A stretch of DNA of 62,978 nt, the filler included, from Octopus bimaculoides (taxonomy: Eukaryota), in the NCBI RefSeq assembly GCF_001194135.2. It is 10 parts of 8 records of this genome, joined end to end, with 100 filler letters (N's around TTAATTAATTAA, not from the genome) between each part and the next. Parts side by side here need not be neighbours in the genome. Positions count along the whole stretch, not along the records: positions 29,693 to 37,715 come from NC_068985.1; positions 37,816 to 45,890 come from NC_068990.1; 8 more parts are not named here. The stretch is one strand, 5' to 3'. Shown here in pieces: positions 34,438-45,990 of the stretch. The notes under the pieces were generated by a model. That model did not search any database and was not told the DNA's origin. It worked only from the letters and a program-made list of their open reading frames with translations. The translations under genes and the position numbers were made by a program. Every line of letters begins with the position of its first letter. Position 1 is the stretch's first letter.

Positions 34438-34474
<37 letters not shown>

Positions 34475-36089
34475 NNNNNNNNNNNNNNNNNNNNNNNNNN
34501 NNNNNNNNNNNNNNNNNNNNNNNNNNNNNNNNNNNNNNNNNNNNNNNNNNNNNNNNNNNNNNNNNNNNNNNNNNNNNNNNNNNNNNNNNNNNNNNNNNNN
34601 NNNNNNNNNNNNNNNNNNNNNNNNNNNNNNNNNNNNNNNNNNNNNNNNNNNNNNNNNNNNNNNNNNNNNNNNNNNNNNNNNNNNNNNNNNNNNNNNNNNN
34701 NNNNNNNNNNNNNNNNNNNNNNNNNNNNNNNNNNNNNNNNNNNNNNNNNNNNNNNNNNNNNNNNNNNNNNNNNNNNNNNNNNNNNNNNNNNNNNNNNNNN
34801 NNNNNNNNNNNNNNNNNNNNNNNNNNNNNNNNNNNNNNNNNNNNNNNNNNNNNNNNNNNNNNNNNNNNNNNNNNNNNNNNNNNNNNNNNNNNNNNNNNNN
34901 NNNNNNNNNNNNNNNNNNNNNNNNNNNNNNNNNNNNNNNNNNNNNNNNNNNNNNNNNNNNNNNNNNNNNNNNNNNNNNNNNNNNNNNNNNNNNNNNNNNN
35001 NNNNNNNNNNNNNNNNNNNNNNNNNNNNNNNNNNNNNNNNNNNNNNNNNNNNNNNNNNNNNNNNNNNNNNNNNNNNNNNNNNNNNNNNNNNNNNNNNNNN
35101 NNNNNNNNNNNNNNNNNNNNNNNNNNNNNNNNNNNNNNNNNNNNNNNNNNNNNNNNNNNNNNNNNNNNNNNNNNNNNNNNNNNNNNNNNATATATATATA
35201 TATACATTATATCTATGGCTGGGAAGACCCATATATAGAGATGGAGCGGATGGACCAGAGCCATACAGACCCCCCAAAACCAATATCAAGTACAGAAAAT
35301 GATCGCACATGCACTAGGATCTAGTATAAGAGTTATCCTAAAAGATCCCACATTTAAGTTTAACAACAAAATGTACACCCAGGATGAGGGGGCGGCCATC
35401 GGTATTAGCATTGCCAGTGATGTGGTCAACCTTTTCATGAGATGGTGAGACAGAAGGCTTAAAGAACGCCTGACACAGAACTCCATGCTCATGAACATGT
35501 ACTCTCGCTAACTCGATGATATCAACATAGTGGTAAAGGCACCCCCTCAAGAGACTACCCTAGAAATAGAAACAGAAACTAATACTATGGAGAGCATCCA
35601 GCAAATAGCTAACTCCATCCACCAGAGTATTAAGGTCATGATAGACTACCCTACGAAACACCCTAGCCATAGACTGCCAGTACTAGATACAGAACTCTGG
35701 CTGGAAACTGTGAATAATAAAACCTAAATCCTCCATTCACACTATGCCTCCAAATACCTGATCCATCTGATATTAGCTATCGCGGATAATGCCAAATTCA
35801 ATATATTGATGGCAGACCTCATCAGAGTAATGAGAAATGTGTCCCGCATGTGCAACCCTACAGAGTTAAAAGAACACATACAACACTTCATTTGCCGCAT
35901 AGAGAAAGGATCAGAGTATATAAAGGAGCCATTAGGAAATTTGAAACTATTATATGTAACGGTAGGAATAGGATTTGCCCACTCTATTGGAGAAAGTCAT
36001 GGAACGTCACTGACAGGAGTAAGAAGAAAATAGGGAAGGTCAGCTCATGGTATGATAGCCTCTAGGAGTGGTATACAAATACCAGTGTC

Positions 36090-36674
36090 ATGTTCATCGA
36101 CACCACCCCTAGAGGCGAACTGGCGTACCACTTTAGAAGGGCCCTAGACAAGCTTAAGCAAAGAATTAAGGTTGTAGAAAGGCCAGGTAACCCTATCAAA
36201 TCCCAAATCGGTAGAACCTACCCTTTTAGTAGAACCCCCTGTACTGACAGGAACTGTATTGTATGTAGATTTAGCCCACAAACAAACTGTAAAGCTAGGA
36301 ATGTAGTCTATAGTATAAGATGTACAGAGGGACGGTGCAGAAACAAGATGACGTATATAGTAGAGATAGCATGGAGCATAGGAGAGTGGATAAATGAGCA
36401 TTGGAGGGAACTTAAGGAAGAGAAGAGCTCATCGGTTCTATACCAGCATGCCGAGAGGGAACACGGGGGCTCACTCAACAACATAGAAGTTAAAATCTTG
36501 TCCACACATAGAACAGACACAACGCTTAGACAAATTACGGAAGCTACACACATAATAAAAGATAAACCTAGCCTAAATAGAAAACTAGAATGGAACACCA
36601 GCACACTCCGCGCACACAAACATGTACCACAACCTATGACAGAATATGATCCCCATAAACTAATAATAATATGA
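36090..36674 (+). pseudogene. GIY-YIG endonuclease region of PLE 2
   Basis: PCTDRNCIVC...CKARNVVYSIRC...C...YIVEIAWSIGEWINEH...LYQHAEREH...RQITEA...PSLNRKLEW. Confidence 0.88.
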
Positions 36675-36998
36675 AACTAATACAATACACAGATAAATAA
36701 ATGGAATCAAATAATTATATATATAAACAAAATAAAATAAATTAAATTAATAAAAAAACGAAAGAAATGAAAAAAGTAAGTAGATAAAAAAGATGAATAA
36801 AATAAATAAAAGTAAAATGAGCGTGAATAAACAGGGGATACTGATAATGCAGGTACCATACATATTCCCACACACACACTTACTAAACATAGACACATAC
36901 AGGGATATACGCATGTGCAATTAAAATACATACAACAGGAATACAAAATGGCAGATCGTTAGTAAGGAGCGACACAAAAAACGAAAGAAGAAAGCAAA

Positions 36999-37044
36999 GG
37001 ACCACTGATGAGGTTACAGAAGTGTGACGAAAGAACTCTGGCTG
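36999..37044 (+). ncRNA. Minimal hammerhead ribozyme motif in the PLE 2 3' region
   Basis: CCA-CUGAUGA-G-GUUACA-GAAG-UGUGAC-GAAA-GAAC-UC-UGG: intact core, 6-bp helix II, short helices I and III. Confidence 0.7.
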
Positions 37045-37254
37045 AAATACAATTAATATAAAATAAAGCTGAAGCAGGTGAACACCAAATATTTAGTGTG
37101 TGTGTTTTCTTTGGCTAAACTGGCAACATGACCATCCCCAAATACAACAATATCTGTTTCAACACATGAACTCACATCAAGAATCAGGCAAAACGAATAT
37201 ATAAACGTATATATGTATGTATATATATGTGTGTGTGTGTGTGCATGTATGTAC

Positions 37255-37288
<34 letters not shown>

Positions 37289-37431
37289 ATGTATATATAC
37301 ATATATATTTGTATATGTATATATGTATATACATATATATGTGTATATGTATATATATATGTATATATATATGTATATATATATATGTATGTGTGTGTGT
37401 GTGTGTGTGTGTATACATATATATATATATG

Positions 37432-37715
37432 TAACAGGACAAAAATCCCTTTCTTGAGAGACCTTGTTGCTTGCAATCAATCCTTATGCTTACGGAAACA
37501 CACCTGAAACCAGATATAGGAAATGCAGAAATACACATACCACAGTATGTTGTATTACGGACTGACAGAAAAGAAAGGAGTCATGGTGGAGTTGCTATGT
37601 ACATCTGCAAAGACCTCACACCCCAGGTCCTTTCTGTCACACTCAAATTCAGTATGTGACACACTAATTGTACATATAAGACAACTCAATGTAGTTATAT
37701 GTGCTACATATCGCC
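37432..37715 (+). pseudogene. APE endonuclease fragment of a CR1/L2-group LINE
   Basis: [42 protein letters not shown].../SNSVCDTLIVHIRQLNVVICATYR; cut by a gap. Confidence 0.88.
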
Positions 37716-38179
37716 NNNNNNNNNNNNNNNNNNNNNNNNNNNNNNNNNNNNNNNNNNNNTTAATTAATTAANNNNNNNNNNNNNNNNNNNNNNNNNNNNN
37801 NNNNNNNNNNNNNNNGATAGAGAAATACATAAATAGATAGATATAATATACATACACATACGGATATGAATAGAATGTACATGCAAATACATACTCACAC
37901 ACCTATAAATATTTAATGTGTGTATGTCATATAGTGATATCTAATTAGAAAGAGATGGGAAAGAGTGACTAGCATATAGACATAAATAAAGATACTAACA
38001 GACAGTAGACAGACAGACATAAGCAGAAAAGAAGACTTAGTAAAATAAAAAAAACAGACAGATGAATAGACAGACATACATACCGACAGACAGACAGATT
38101 GTTAGATAGGTAGATACAAAGAAAGAAAGAAAGAAAGAAAGAAAGAAACAAAGATAGATGATAGATAGATAGATAGGTT

Positions 38180-38215
<36 letters not shown>

Positions 38216-38249
38216 TACTCTCATGTTAGGACAGAAATAACTGATGTGA

Positions 38250-38357
<108 letters not shown>

Positions 38358-38941
38358 GTATATATATATGCATATATATTGATTTGTTAATTTAGAAATC
38401 TGGATTAAATTTTCACCCAACTTAAAGAATAGAAGAAAATAATAAAGAAAATATACAACATACAACAACAACAACATGAACATCGCTGTCATCATCAGCA
38501 GCAGCTGCAGCAGTGGCCAGTACAACAACCACAACATCAACAACAAAAATATCTAACGTAAAGATGAAAATATAAAAGACTAAATCATGTTTTAATTTAG
38601 CAAATGTCAAACTTCTTGTTGCAAATAGTTTTAATATCATTATTAAAGGCCATGATAGGTTGACCTTTCTGCTTCCCACAATGCAATTGAATGAGCAAAT
38701 AAACAGATGCTGGTTGCTGAATATAGAGGACCAAGAGAAATAAAGAATCTTTTATGATGTTGAATAGCAAGTGAAACTATAAACATTCACAGTCCGAGGT
38801 TGGCAATGACATTAAAAGCAGTGTCTTCTGTAACTTGCTGTTTCGCTTCATTGTCTGGCCTGAGTATCTCACAGAAAACCACTGCTAGATGCACAATGGA
38901 CAGATCGCAATGTATTTGTGTGTGGTGTGAGTGCTATTCAA

Positions 38942-39002
<61 letters not shown>

Positions 39003-39325
39003 ATACATACACACATAGATGGATAGATAGATTAGACATAGGTAGCCAAATATACCCTCAAGTTGGAACAGAAATTACTTATATATGTGTATATATATTG
39101 ACATTTTGATTTAGAAATCATTACACACAGACACATACACAAACACACACATGCGTGCACGCACACCCATACAAATATATATGTGTTCATATATACATAT
39201 ATATACATACATATGTATGCATATTACATATGTATGTATATTATATGTATGTATATTATATGTATGTATATAATATATATATATGTATACTATATATATA
39301 TGTATGAATATTATATATGTGTGTG

Positions 39326-39366
<41 letters not shown>

Positions 39367-39904
39367 CATACATACACATACAAACATATAATATATGTGT
39401 GTGTATAAATGTATATATATGTACACACACACAAACAAAGTTAAAAGTCTCAAATATGTAATGTAATGAGCTGAAAGAAGAAATTTTAAGTAACTGACAT
39501 TGTTGCAATTAAAAGTCAAAATCTCTCTCAGAAGAGAGGTTAAAATCTGACATCCCCCAACAAGAGAGATAACTCAACAAATATCAGCTAATCTCAACAT
39601 TTGAGAAATAAAGATAATGCAGTAAAGAGTAAACCATTTCTTTAAACTCAACATGTGGGGTAAAATAATGGACATCATGTTTCGATCATGTTGGACTTTA
39701 TCAGTACAGCATATTCACTTGAGTTGGCTAGGCTTAAAGACCTACTCTCTATAGAAATAGTGAGAAATTTGTGATACTTGATATGAATATCAGAAATATA
39801 ACCGGGAGTAAATACATCAAGGCTACTTTAAGGACCTTAAACTTACAAGTTACACAACGATTATCACCAGTGGTAGTGACATGCAAAAGAACCCAGTAGA
39901 CTCA

Positions 39905-40055
39905 GCAAATTGGTTGGTGTTAGGAAGGGTATCCAGCAGTAGAAACTATGCCATAGTAGACATTGGTCTTGGGTTGATGCAGTCCTCTAACATGAGATCT
40001 GGTCAAATCATCCAACCCATGCCAGCATGGAAGCCAGATATTTAATGATGATGAA
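39905..40055 (+). mobile_element. Family D 3' fragment
   Basis: TTAGGAAGGGTATCCAGC.GTAGAAA...CCAACCCATGCCAGCATGGAA...TAATGATGATG. Confidence 0.7.
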
Positions 40056-41714
40056 GAGGATATTGTGAATGATTGGATATTTCCAGCTAAGGGCCCCAGG
40101 CCCCAACCACCTTCTATTGTGCTCATGCTCTCTTTGGGATGAAAAATAAGGTTGGTGGGCCACCTCAAGTTCTCTTCCAGCACAATCAACTGTTAGGGTT
40201 TTATCCCTCAGCTTTTGCCTCTGTGCAAGCATTCACTAACAGTAAGGAGGTTTATGCTTGGAGTTGTCATACATCCTAGTCTGACTGCCTTCAAGGCAGT
40301 TGTGCCACCAGTGTAGCTGTGGATACAATGGTGCCTTATCCAAGAGACATGCTTTAATGTTTAATGAAAGCTAAGGCTACTTCACTCCAGGTGACCTTAC
40401 AACACACTGTACACTCACCAAAAATATATGAGTCCCTGGACTTTAGCTGGATCGTCCTTGATCTTGTGTTTGTTTCATTATGACAGATGTTGTTTTTGTC
40501 CTCTTGGGTTTATTAGCAACCTTTATTAGCAACCCTCTTAAGCCTGATTTAGAGCCAGTTTAATTGCTGGAACCTGATTATACAACAGGTTGTACTATAC
40601 TACATACAACCAGTAATTTGTGATTTCTCTGACACCAGTACATATGGTAGAGTTTCATAAATGTAATATAGTGAATTGACAAACCTTTTAAAATCTAAAA
40701 TAGAATAACCAGAGAAATCTCTCTCGATTACTGTTTTTAGATTCTAAGCACTCTAAGGGAAATTTTGTCTTCTAATTGCAAGGATAATTCATTCCAGTTA
40801 ATTGTATGTTTTTCAGCTGATTTTATTTCATATGTGAGACTCTACTGTTTGTAAATGTGTGTGTATGCATGTATGTGTTTGTGTATGCATGTATGTGTTT
40901 GTGTGTGCATGTATGCATGTGTGTACATGACTAAAATAGAGGATGCTCCCCAAAGTATTCTTCTTTTGCCCTATTGTTGATGCATTTATATGTTTTTCTC
41001 ATTGATAATAACAGTAGTAATATTATTATTAATAACATAATATGAAGATGGCAATGATGGTTGTTGTGGTGGTGGCTGTGGTAGTAGTGGTGGTGCTGGT
41101 GTTTAGTGGTTTTGATGGTGGTTGCCATGGTGACAAGGATGATGAAGATGTAGATGATGATAATGGTGATGATATCAATGAAGCAAACTGGAGAAGAAGA
41201 GAAGAATGAGCTAGAGAGATGATGATTGGTAAAGAAGTGAAAACAAAGATAAAAAATGTAACATACAATGAAGGAGTAATGAAAGTAATTAACTAAACTA
41301 ATTAACTAACTAAATTATACTAAACTAAACAACCAATATAATTATAAATGTGAAATTTGGAAATATTTATGGCTGCAAAACAAAAATGGTAAAATGAGAA
41401 ATGCTTTTACCATTTTATTCTTTTTGTTGTTAAATAGCTTTAGTTAATAGATTATTACCATATTGGGGCATTGCTTTCAAAGATATTTGGTCACTCTTAT
41501 TAACCCCAATATTTTGTTTAGTAGTCATTTTATTTTATCATTACTTTACATTTATTGTCTAAGTTCACTAGAGTTATGTCTCTTTTAAAAGTTATAGCTT
41601 TGCTATGGAATTAAATGTTGCAATGCATTTGCACAAATTTGCACCAATATATATATATATATATATAAACATAAATGCATAGACACAAACATACTTGCAA
41701 TAACTTGCAGTGGT

Positions 41715-41850
41715 GTGCATAAAAGTGTTGAGGGCATGTTACCTAGTTGTCAGGGTGTTGTACTCACAATCACAAGCTCATGAGTTCAATTCCTTGATTG
41801 GGCAGTGCATTGTGTTCCTAAATAAAACACTTCATTGCACATTGCTCTGA
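41715..41850 (+). mobile_element. Degenerate head of tRNA-SINE family F
   Basis: GTACTCACAATCACAAGCTCATGAGTTCAATTCC...TGTGTTCC...AACACTT...CACATTGCTC; similar to the 43754 head. Confidence 0.5.
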
Positions 41851-42287
41851 AATAAAATCAACATATGGTGCAACTGTACAGGAAATGTAGATTTGATGGA
41901 GGGGGAGAGAGAGAGAGAAGGAGAGAGAGGAAGAAAGAGAGAGGACTAATGCACAAAAACATTTGATCTCTATAAACAAATCATCTGTTCAGGTTGCTCT
42001 GCAAGAAATGGCAGAACCATCTTTCTCGGATCAAGACTATACCATTAGTTACTTTAATACAAACACACACACACACACACACACACAACAAAGAAATGGT
42101 CAAGCCAAGACTATAGTAGACAACACATACACCTAAAGTGCATACAGTAGGATTATAAGGTAATTGTAAGGTGGACATTGTATGCTCAACTTAGTTAAAA
42201 ATGTGAAAGACAGAAATATTTATAGAAAAATAACTATTTTGAGAAAAGAAAAAAACAATTTTTCAGTCTTTATTCTTCTATACTTGT

Positions 42288-43092
42288 TTTCTTTCATAAC
42301 TGCACTTCTGTTAAAGTGCACTGTTTTTATTTCAATTAATTTCAAAATTAGTGATGAATTTAATAAAATAACTGCCATTATTAAATTGGGGTTTTAAAAG
42401 GCAGCAAGCTGGCAGAATTGTTAGCATCCTGGGAAAAATGCCTAGCAGTATTTTATCTGTCGTTATGTTCTGAGTTCAAATTCCACCAAAGTCAACTATG
42501 CCTTTCATCCTTTCAGATTCAATAAAATACAAATCAATTGAGCACTGGAGTCAATGTAATCAACTAACCCCACTTCTCCAAATTTCGGGCCTTGTACCTA
42601 TAGCCAAAAAAGGATTATTAAGTTGGTGTAAGTTTTGATAGGTTTTTATTTAGATCACTATAACCCTTTTATTACTATATTTCTGTTAAAATAAACTGTC
42701 ATTGTTTCAGTTAATTTTAAAATAAAATAAATAATTTAATATAGTACCTTTGTTATTATTAAGTTGGTGTTAGAAAAACGTATTAACTAAAAATTTTAAT
42801 GGTAAGTTTTAATTTGAATCATTTTTAAAACAGGAATTTCGTATCATAGAACTAAAAACAGTCACAAGCCTTTTGTTACTACATTTCTGTTGAAATCCAA
42901 TGTCTTTAATTTGATTGATTCTGAAAATAAAGAAACATTTACTAAATAACTTTGTCATTATTAAGCTGATATTTGGAACATAAATTAACCTGACATATCG
43001 GTGCAAGTTTTTAATTTAGATCAATTTAAATCAGTAAATTTGTATTGCAGAACCATAAGTGGTTTCAAGCATGTTAGTACAGAAAAGATTAA
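42288..43092 (+). mobile_element. Three tandem diverged copies of a ~200-bp TTAA/piggyBac-type MITE family, the first interrupted by a SINE
   Basis: TTCTGTT(A/G)AA...TTAATT...ATTATTAA(G)..GGTG recurs near 42305, 42677 and 42880. TIR remnants are TAACCCTTT (42660) and GAAAAGATTAA (43092). Related to 60214-60404. Confidence 0.6.
42397..42613 (+). mobile_element. SINE family A with a 16-bp target-site duplication
   Basis: ATTATTAAATTGGGGT (42377-92) and ATTATTAAGTTGGTGT (42614-29) flank the SINE. Confidence 0.8.
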
Positions 43093-43410
43093 ATAGACCA
43101 AAGCCATGCAGCGGAACCATCTTCAAGGGTTTTGTTCAATCATATCAACTCCATTATCTAGTTCAGTAAGGAATGTACTATATTTAATGTCATAAAAGAC
43201 ACACGGGCATACTAGATATGCCCCAATTTCAGCAGCACATATACTGGTAAAATATTTTTCAGTGCATTAAAGCATAAAATTTAGAAACAAATTTACCATA
43301 TAGGGTCTGGGATGAATTTTGTGAGACAGCTTTTGTTTGTTTATTCTGTAAAAAAAATGTGCACACATACATGCACACACTCATATGCATATGTATGTAT
43401 ATATATAAAT

Positions 43411-43754
43411 AGGGTAAAGAGTAAGACACCCTTTGGTCATGAATGACCACGGGATTGCTCCTAGAAAGTTCCTTTCCATGGCACAAGTCAAGGCAAGATT
43501 GCTTGCGGAAGATCAGCAGTCACCCATGCATACCAGCCTCTTCCCTCCATACCACTGATGTTATCCAAAGGAAAGGCAAAGGTTGATACAACTTGGCACC
43601 AGTGACATCGCAACTTATTCCTACAGCTGACTGAACTGGAGCAATGTGAAAAATGTGTCCTGCTCAAGAACACAACTCACAACAGCCAAGTCTGGGAATC
43701 AAACTCACTATCTCATGATTGTGAGCCTGATGCTCTAACCACTGAGCCATGTGC
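43411..43754 (-). mobile_element. tRNA-derived SINE family F, full-length
   Basis: Minus head GCACATGGCTCAGTGGTTAGAGC...GAGTTTGATTCCC, then GTGTTCTTGAGCAGGACAC, with a CTTACTCTTTACCCT tail. Confidence 0.8.
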
Positions 43755-44277
43755 ATATATATATATATATCATCATCATCATCATCATAATAATCATCAT
43801 TGTCATCATCATCATTATCATTTAATGTCTGTTTTCCATGATTTTTCTTTGAGTTTTATTTAAGTTCTTCTTGAGAGAGTTTGAGCCAGTTGCTAACAAT
43901 GCAACAAGACTTTTTGAGTTAAGAGAGTTCCCAGTGCTTGTAAATATATGGTTGAGTTGGTGTGTTAATGGTTGAACTGTTAATGCATACACCTAAGTGT
44001 GGGGCATCTTTTCATTTAAGAATCTCAGGTGGAGATTTTTGGAATGTGTTACAAATCATGTATATATGAATATACATGTATGCATGCACGTGTCTATGTA
44101 TAAAGTATGTATGTATGTGCTGCTGAAGGTTAGCAATGGTCTTCCTTTGTTCACGAGTAGACGGCCATCATGTATGTATGTATGTATGTATTTATGTATG
44201 CATGTATGTATGTATGCATGTATGTATGTATGCATGTATGTATGTATGATAAGACTGGAGAAAAATGAAGCTAGCAT

Positions 44278-44475
44278 GCTCCACTGCTTGACAACCAGTG
44301 TTGGTTTGTTAACATTCCAGTAACTAACCAATTCAGCAAAAACAGACCAAAAGACTAAACACCGGACTAAAAACATAAGTAAAATAATATAAAAATATGT
44401 CTCAATTTGTTTAGCTAAACACCTTAATGCAGTGCCCCAGTATGGCCACAGTTAAATGACTGAAACAAAAAAAAA
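44278..44475 (+). mobile_element. SINE family B 3' half
   Basis: CACTGCTTGACAACCAGTGTTGG...GCAGTGCCCCAGTATGGCCACAGTTAAATGACTGAAAC. Confidence 0.7.
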
Positions 44476-44942
44476 AACCAGAAAAAAACATAATATTCCA
44501 TGTTGTTGGATTGAACCCACGACCACAAGTTTTACAAAGCAATATACTTCTTTACTGCACAACCAAGCTCACACCTATTTAATCATGTTTTTTTATAGTA
44601 ACTTCTTTTTAAAATTGATATCAGAAGCATTTGAATTGAATGTCATTCAAATGCACACTTCATTTCTTTTTCTTGCATTCTATATTTGCTTGAAATATTG
44701 CCAACATATTAAATCAATAAAATATTTTTGACAATTTACAGTTTTGTGTTGTTGTAGCTGTTGTTGTTGTTGTTGTGGTGGTTGTGGTTGGTGCTGTTGT
44801 TGTTATGATGTTTTGTTGCTTGATTTATTTTTGCTTTTTTTTTTTTAGAATTTTCTTTTTGCCTGTTGTAGTTTTGTAGTTTGTGTTTTGAGTATATATT
44901 TACATTTTATTTTACTTTATTAACTGGTGATCTAATTCTGGG

Positions 44943-44943
<1 letters not shown>

Positions 44944-45000
<57 letters not shown>

Positions 45001-45525
45001 AAAGAAAGAATGAAAGAAAGAAAAAAAGGAAAGAAAGACTGAAAGAAAAAATTAAGGAATACATGAAAGAACAAAAGAAAGAAAGAAAAAAATTAAAGAA
45101 TAAATGAAAGAAAAAACAAAAGAAAGAAAGAAAGAAAGAAAAGAAAGAATTAAAGAATAAATGAAGGAAAGAATGAAAGAAAGACAGAAAGAACGAAAGA
45201 AAAAAGAAAGAATTAAAGAATAAATGAAAGAAAGAAAGAAAAAAATTAAAGAATAGATTAAAGAAAAAACAAAAGAAAGAAAGAAAGAACAAAAGAAAGA
45301 ATTAAAGAATAAATGAAGGAAAGAAAGGAATGAAACAACAAACAATTGGAAGAATAAAGGAAAAATGAGGAAAGAATGAAGGAAGTTAGGAAGGAAGGAA
45401 ATAAAAAAGTGGGCAAGAAATAACGAATGAATAAAAAAACAGTAATAATGGATGAAAGAAAGAAGGAAAGAAAACCTTAATGAAAAAGGTAGAAAGGAAA
45501 GGAGAAAGGATGAATGAAATAATAA
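44944..45525. repeat. (GA)n followed by degenerate (GAAA)n purine-rich low-complexity tract
   Basis: Seen directly in the sequence. Confidence 0.95.
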
Positions 45526-45645
45526 ACCATTCTACTATAGGGCGTTCCTATAAGTAGGTTATCTCCCTTGGCTAGGCGGCGCTCCATGTGGACAATTAAA
45601 CTTCCGCAGACTATCCACGCTATTGTTATTGTTTTACGTCTTATC

Positions 45646-45890
45646 ATGGATATAAAGCAGCTCGATGATTCAGCTATCGAAGTACTTACTGTGCCTGAGT
45701 TAAAGAAATATTTAAGATTATATGGACAGTATGTTACTGGAAGAAAGGTGGACTTGACTGAAAGGTATAAAAATTCTGTCGATGAAGAATGTCAACAAAG
45801 TAAATTCATCGGATGATAAGTCTGAAGTATCGGACGATACTTCAGACAGGAATAAGCAGAAGCTTATATCTCCTCTCGGTGAAGTACTGC
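45646..45890 (+). pseudogene. SAP-domain ORF N-terminus, frameshifted and cut by a gap; probably a DNA-transposon accessory gene
   Basis: MDIKQLDDSAIEV-LTVPELKKYLRLYGQYVTGRKVDL fits the SAP pattern LxVxELKxxLxxxGLxxxGxKxxL. A second frame continues LKGIKIL...KLISPLGEVL. Confidence 0.7.
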
Positions 45891-45990
45891 NNNNNNNNNN
45901 NNNNNNNNNNNNNNNNNNNNNNNNNNNNNNNNNNTTAATTAATTAANNNNNNNNNNNNNNNNNNNNNNNNNNNNNNNNNNNNNNNNNNNN

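Larger units (their letters stand above)
31853..34440 (-). mobile_element. Penelope-like retroelement 1 (RT plus C-terminal GIY-YIG), extremely AT-rich, 3' end lost in a gap
   Basis: N-terminal ORF 33662-33943 (DIPIPSRNEY...RIKWK...FKSRKEPP), main ORF 31914-33641, and a frameshifted tail EIVCKAKSYRIGNNFCKLCTNE down to 31853. Confidence 0.92.
35215..37180 (+). mobile_element. Penelope-like retroelement 2 (5'-truncated; RT with stops and frameshifts, Cys linker, GIY-YIG, 3' UTR/pLTR with HHR)
   Basis: KMIAHAL...FKFNNKMYTQDEGAAIG...NLFMRW*D...YSR*LDDI...RLPVLDTELW...LMADLIRVMRN, then the endonuclease ORF 36090-36674. Confidence 0.9.
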
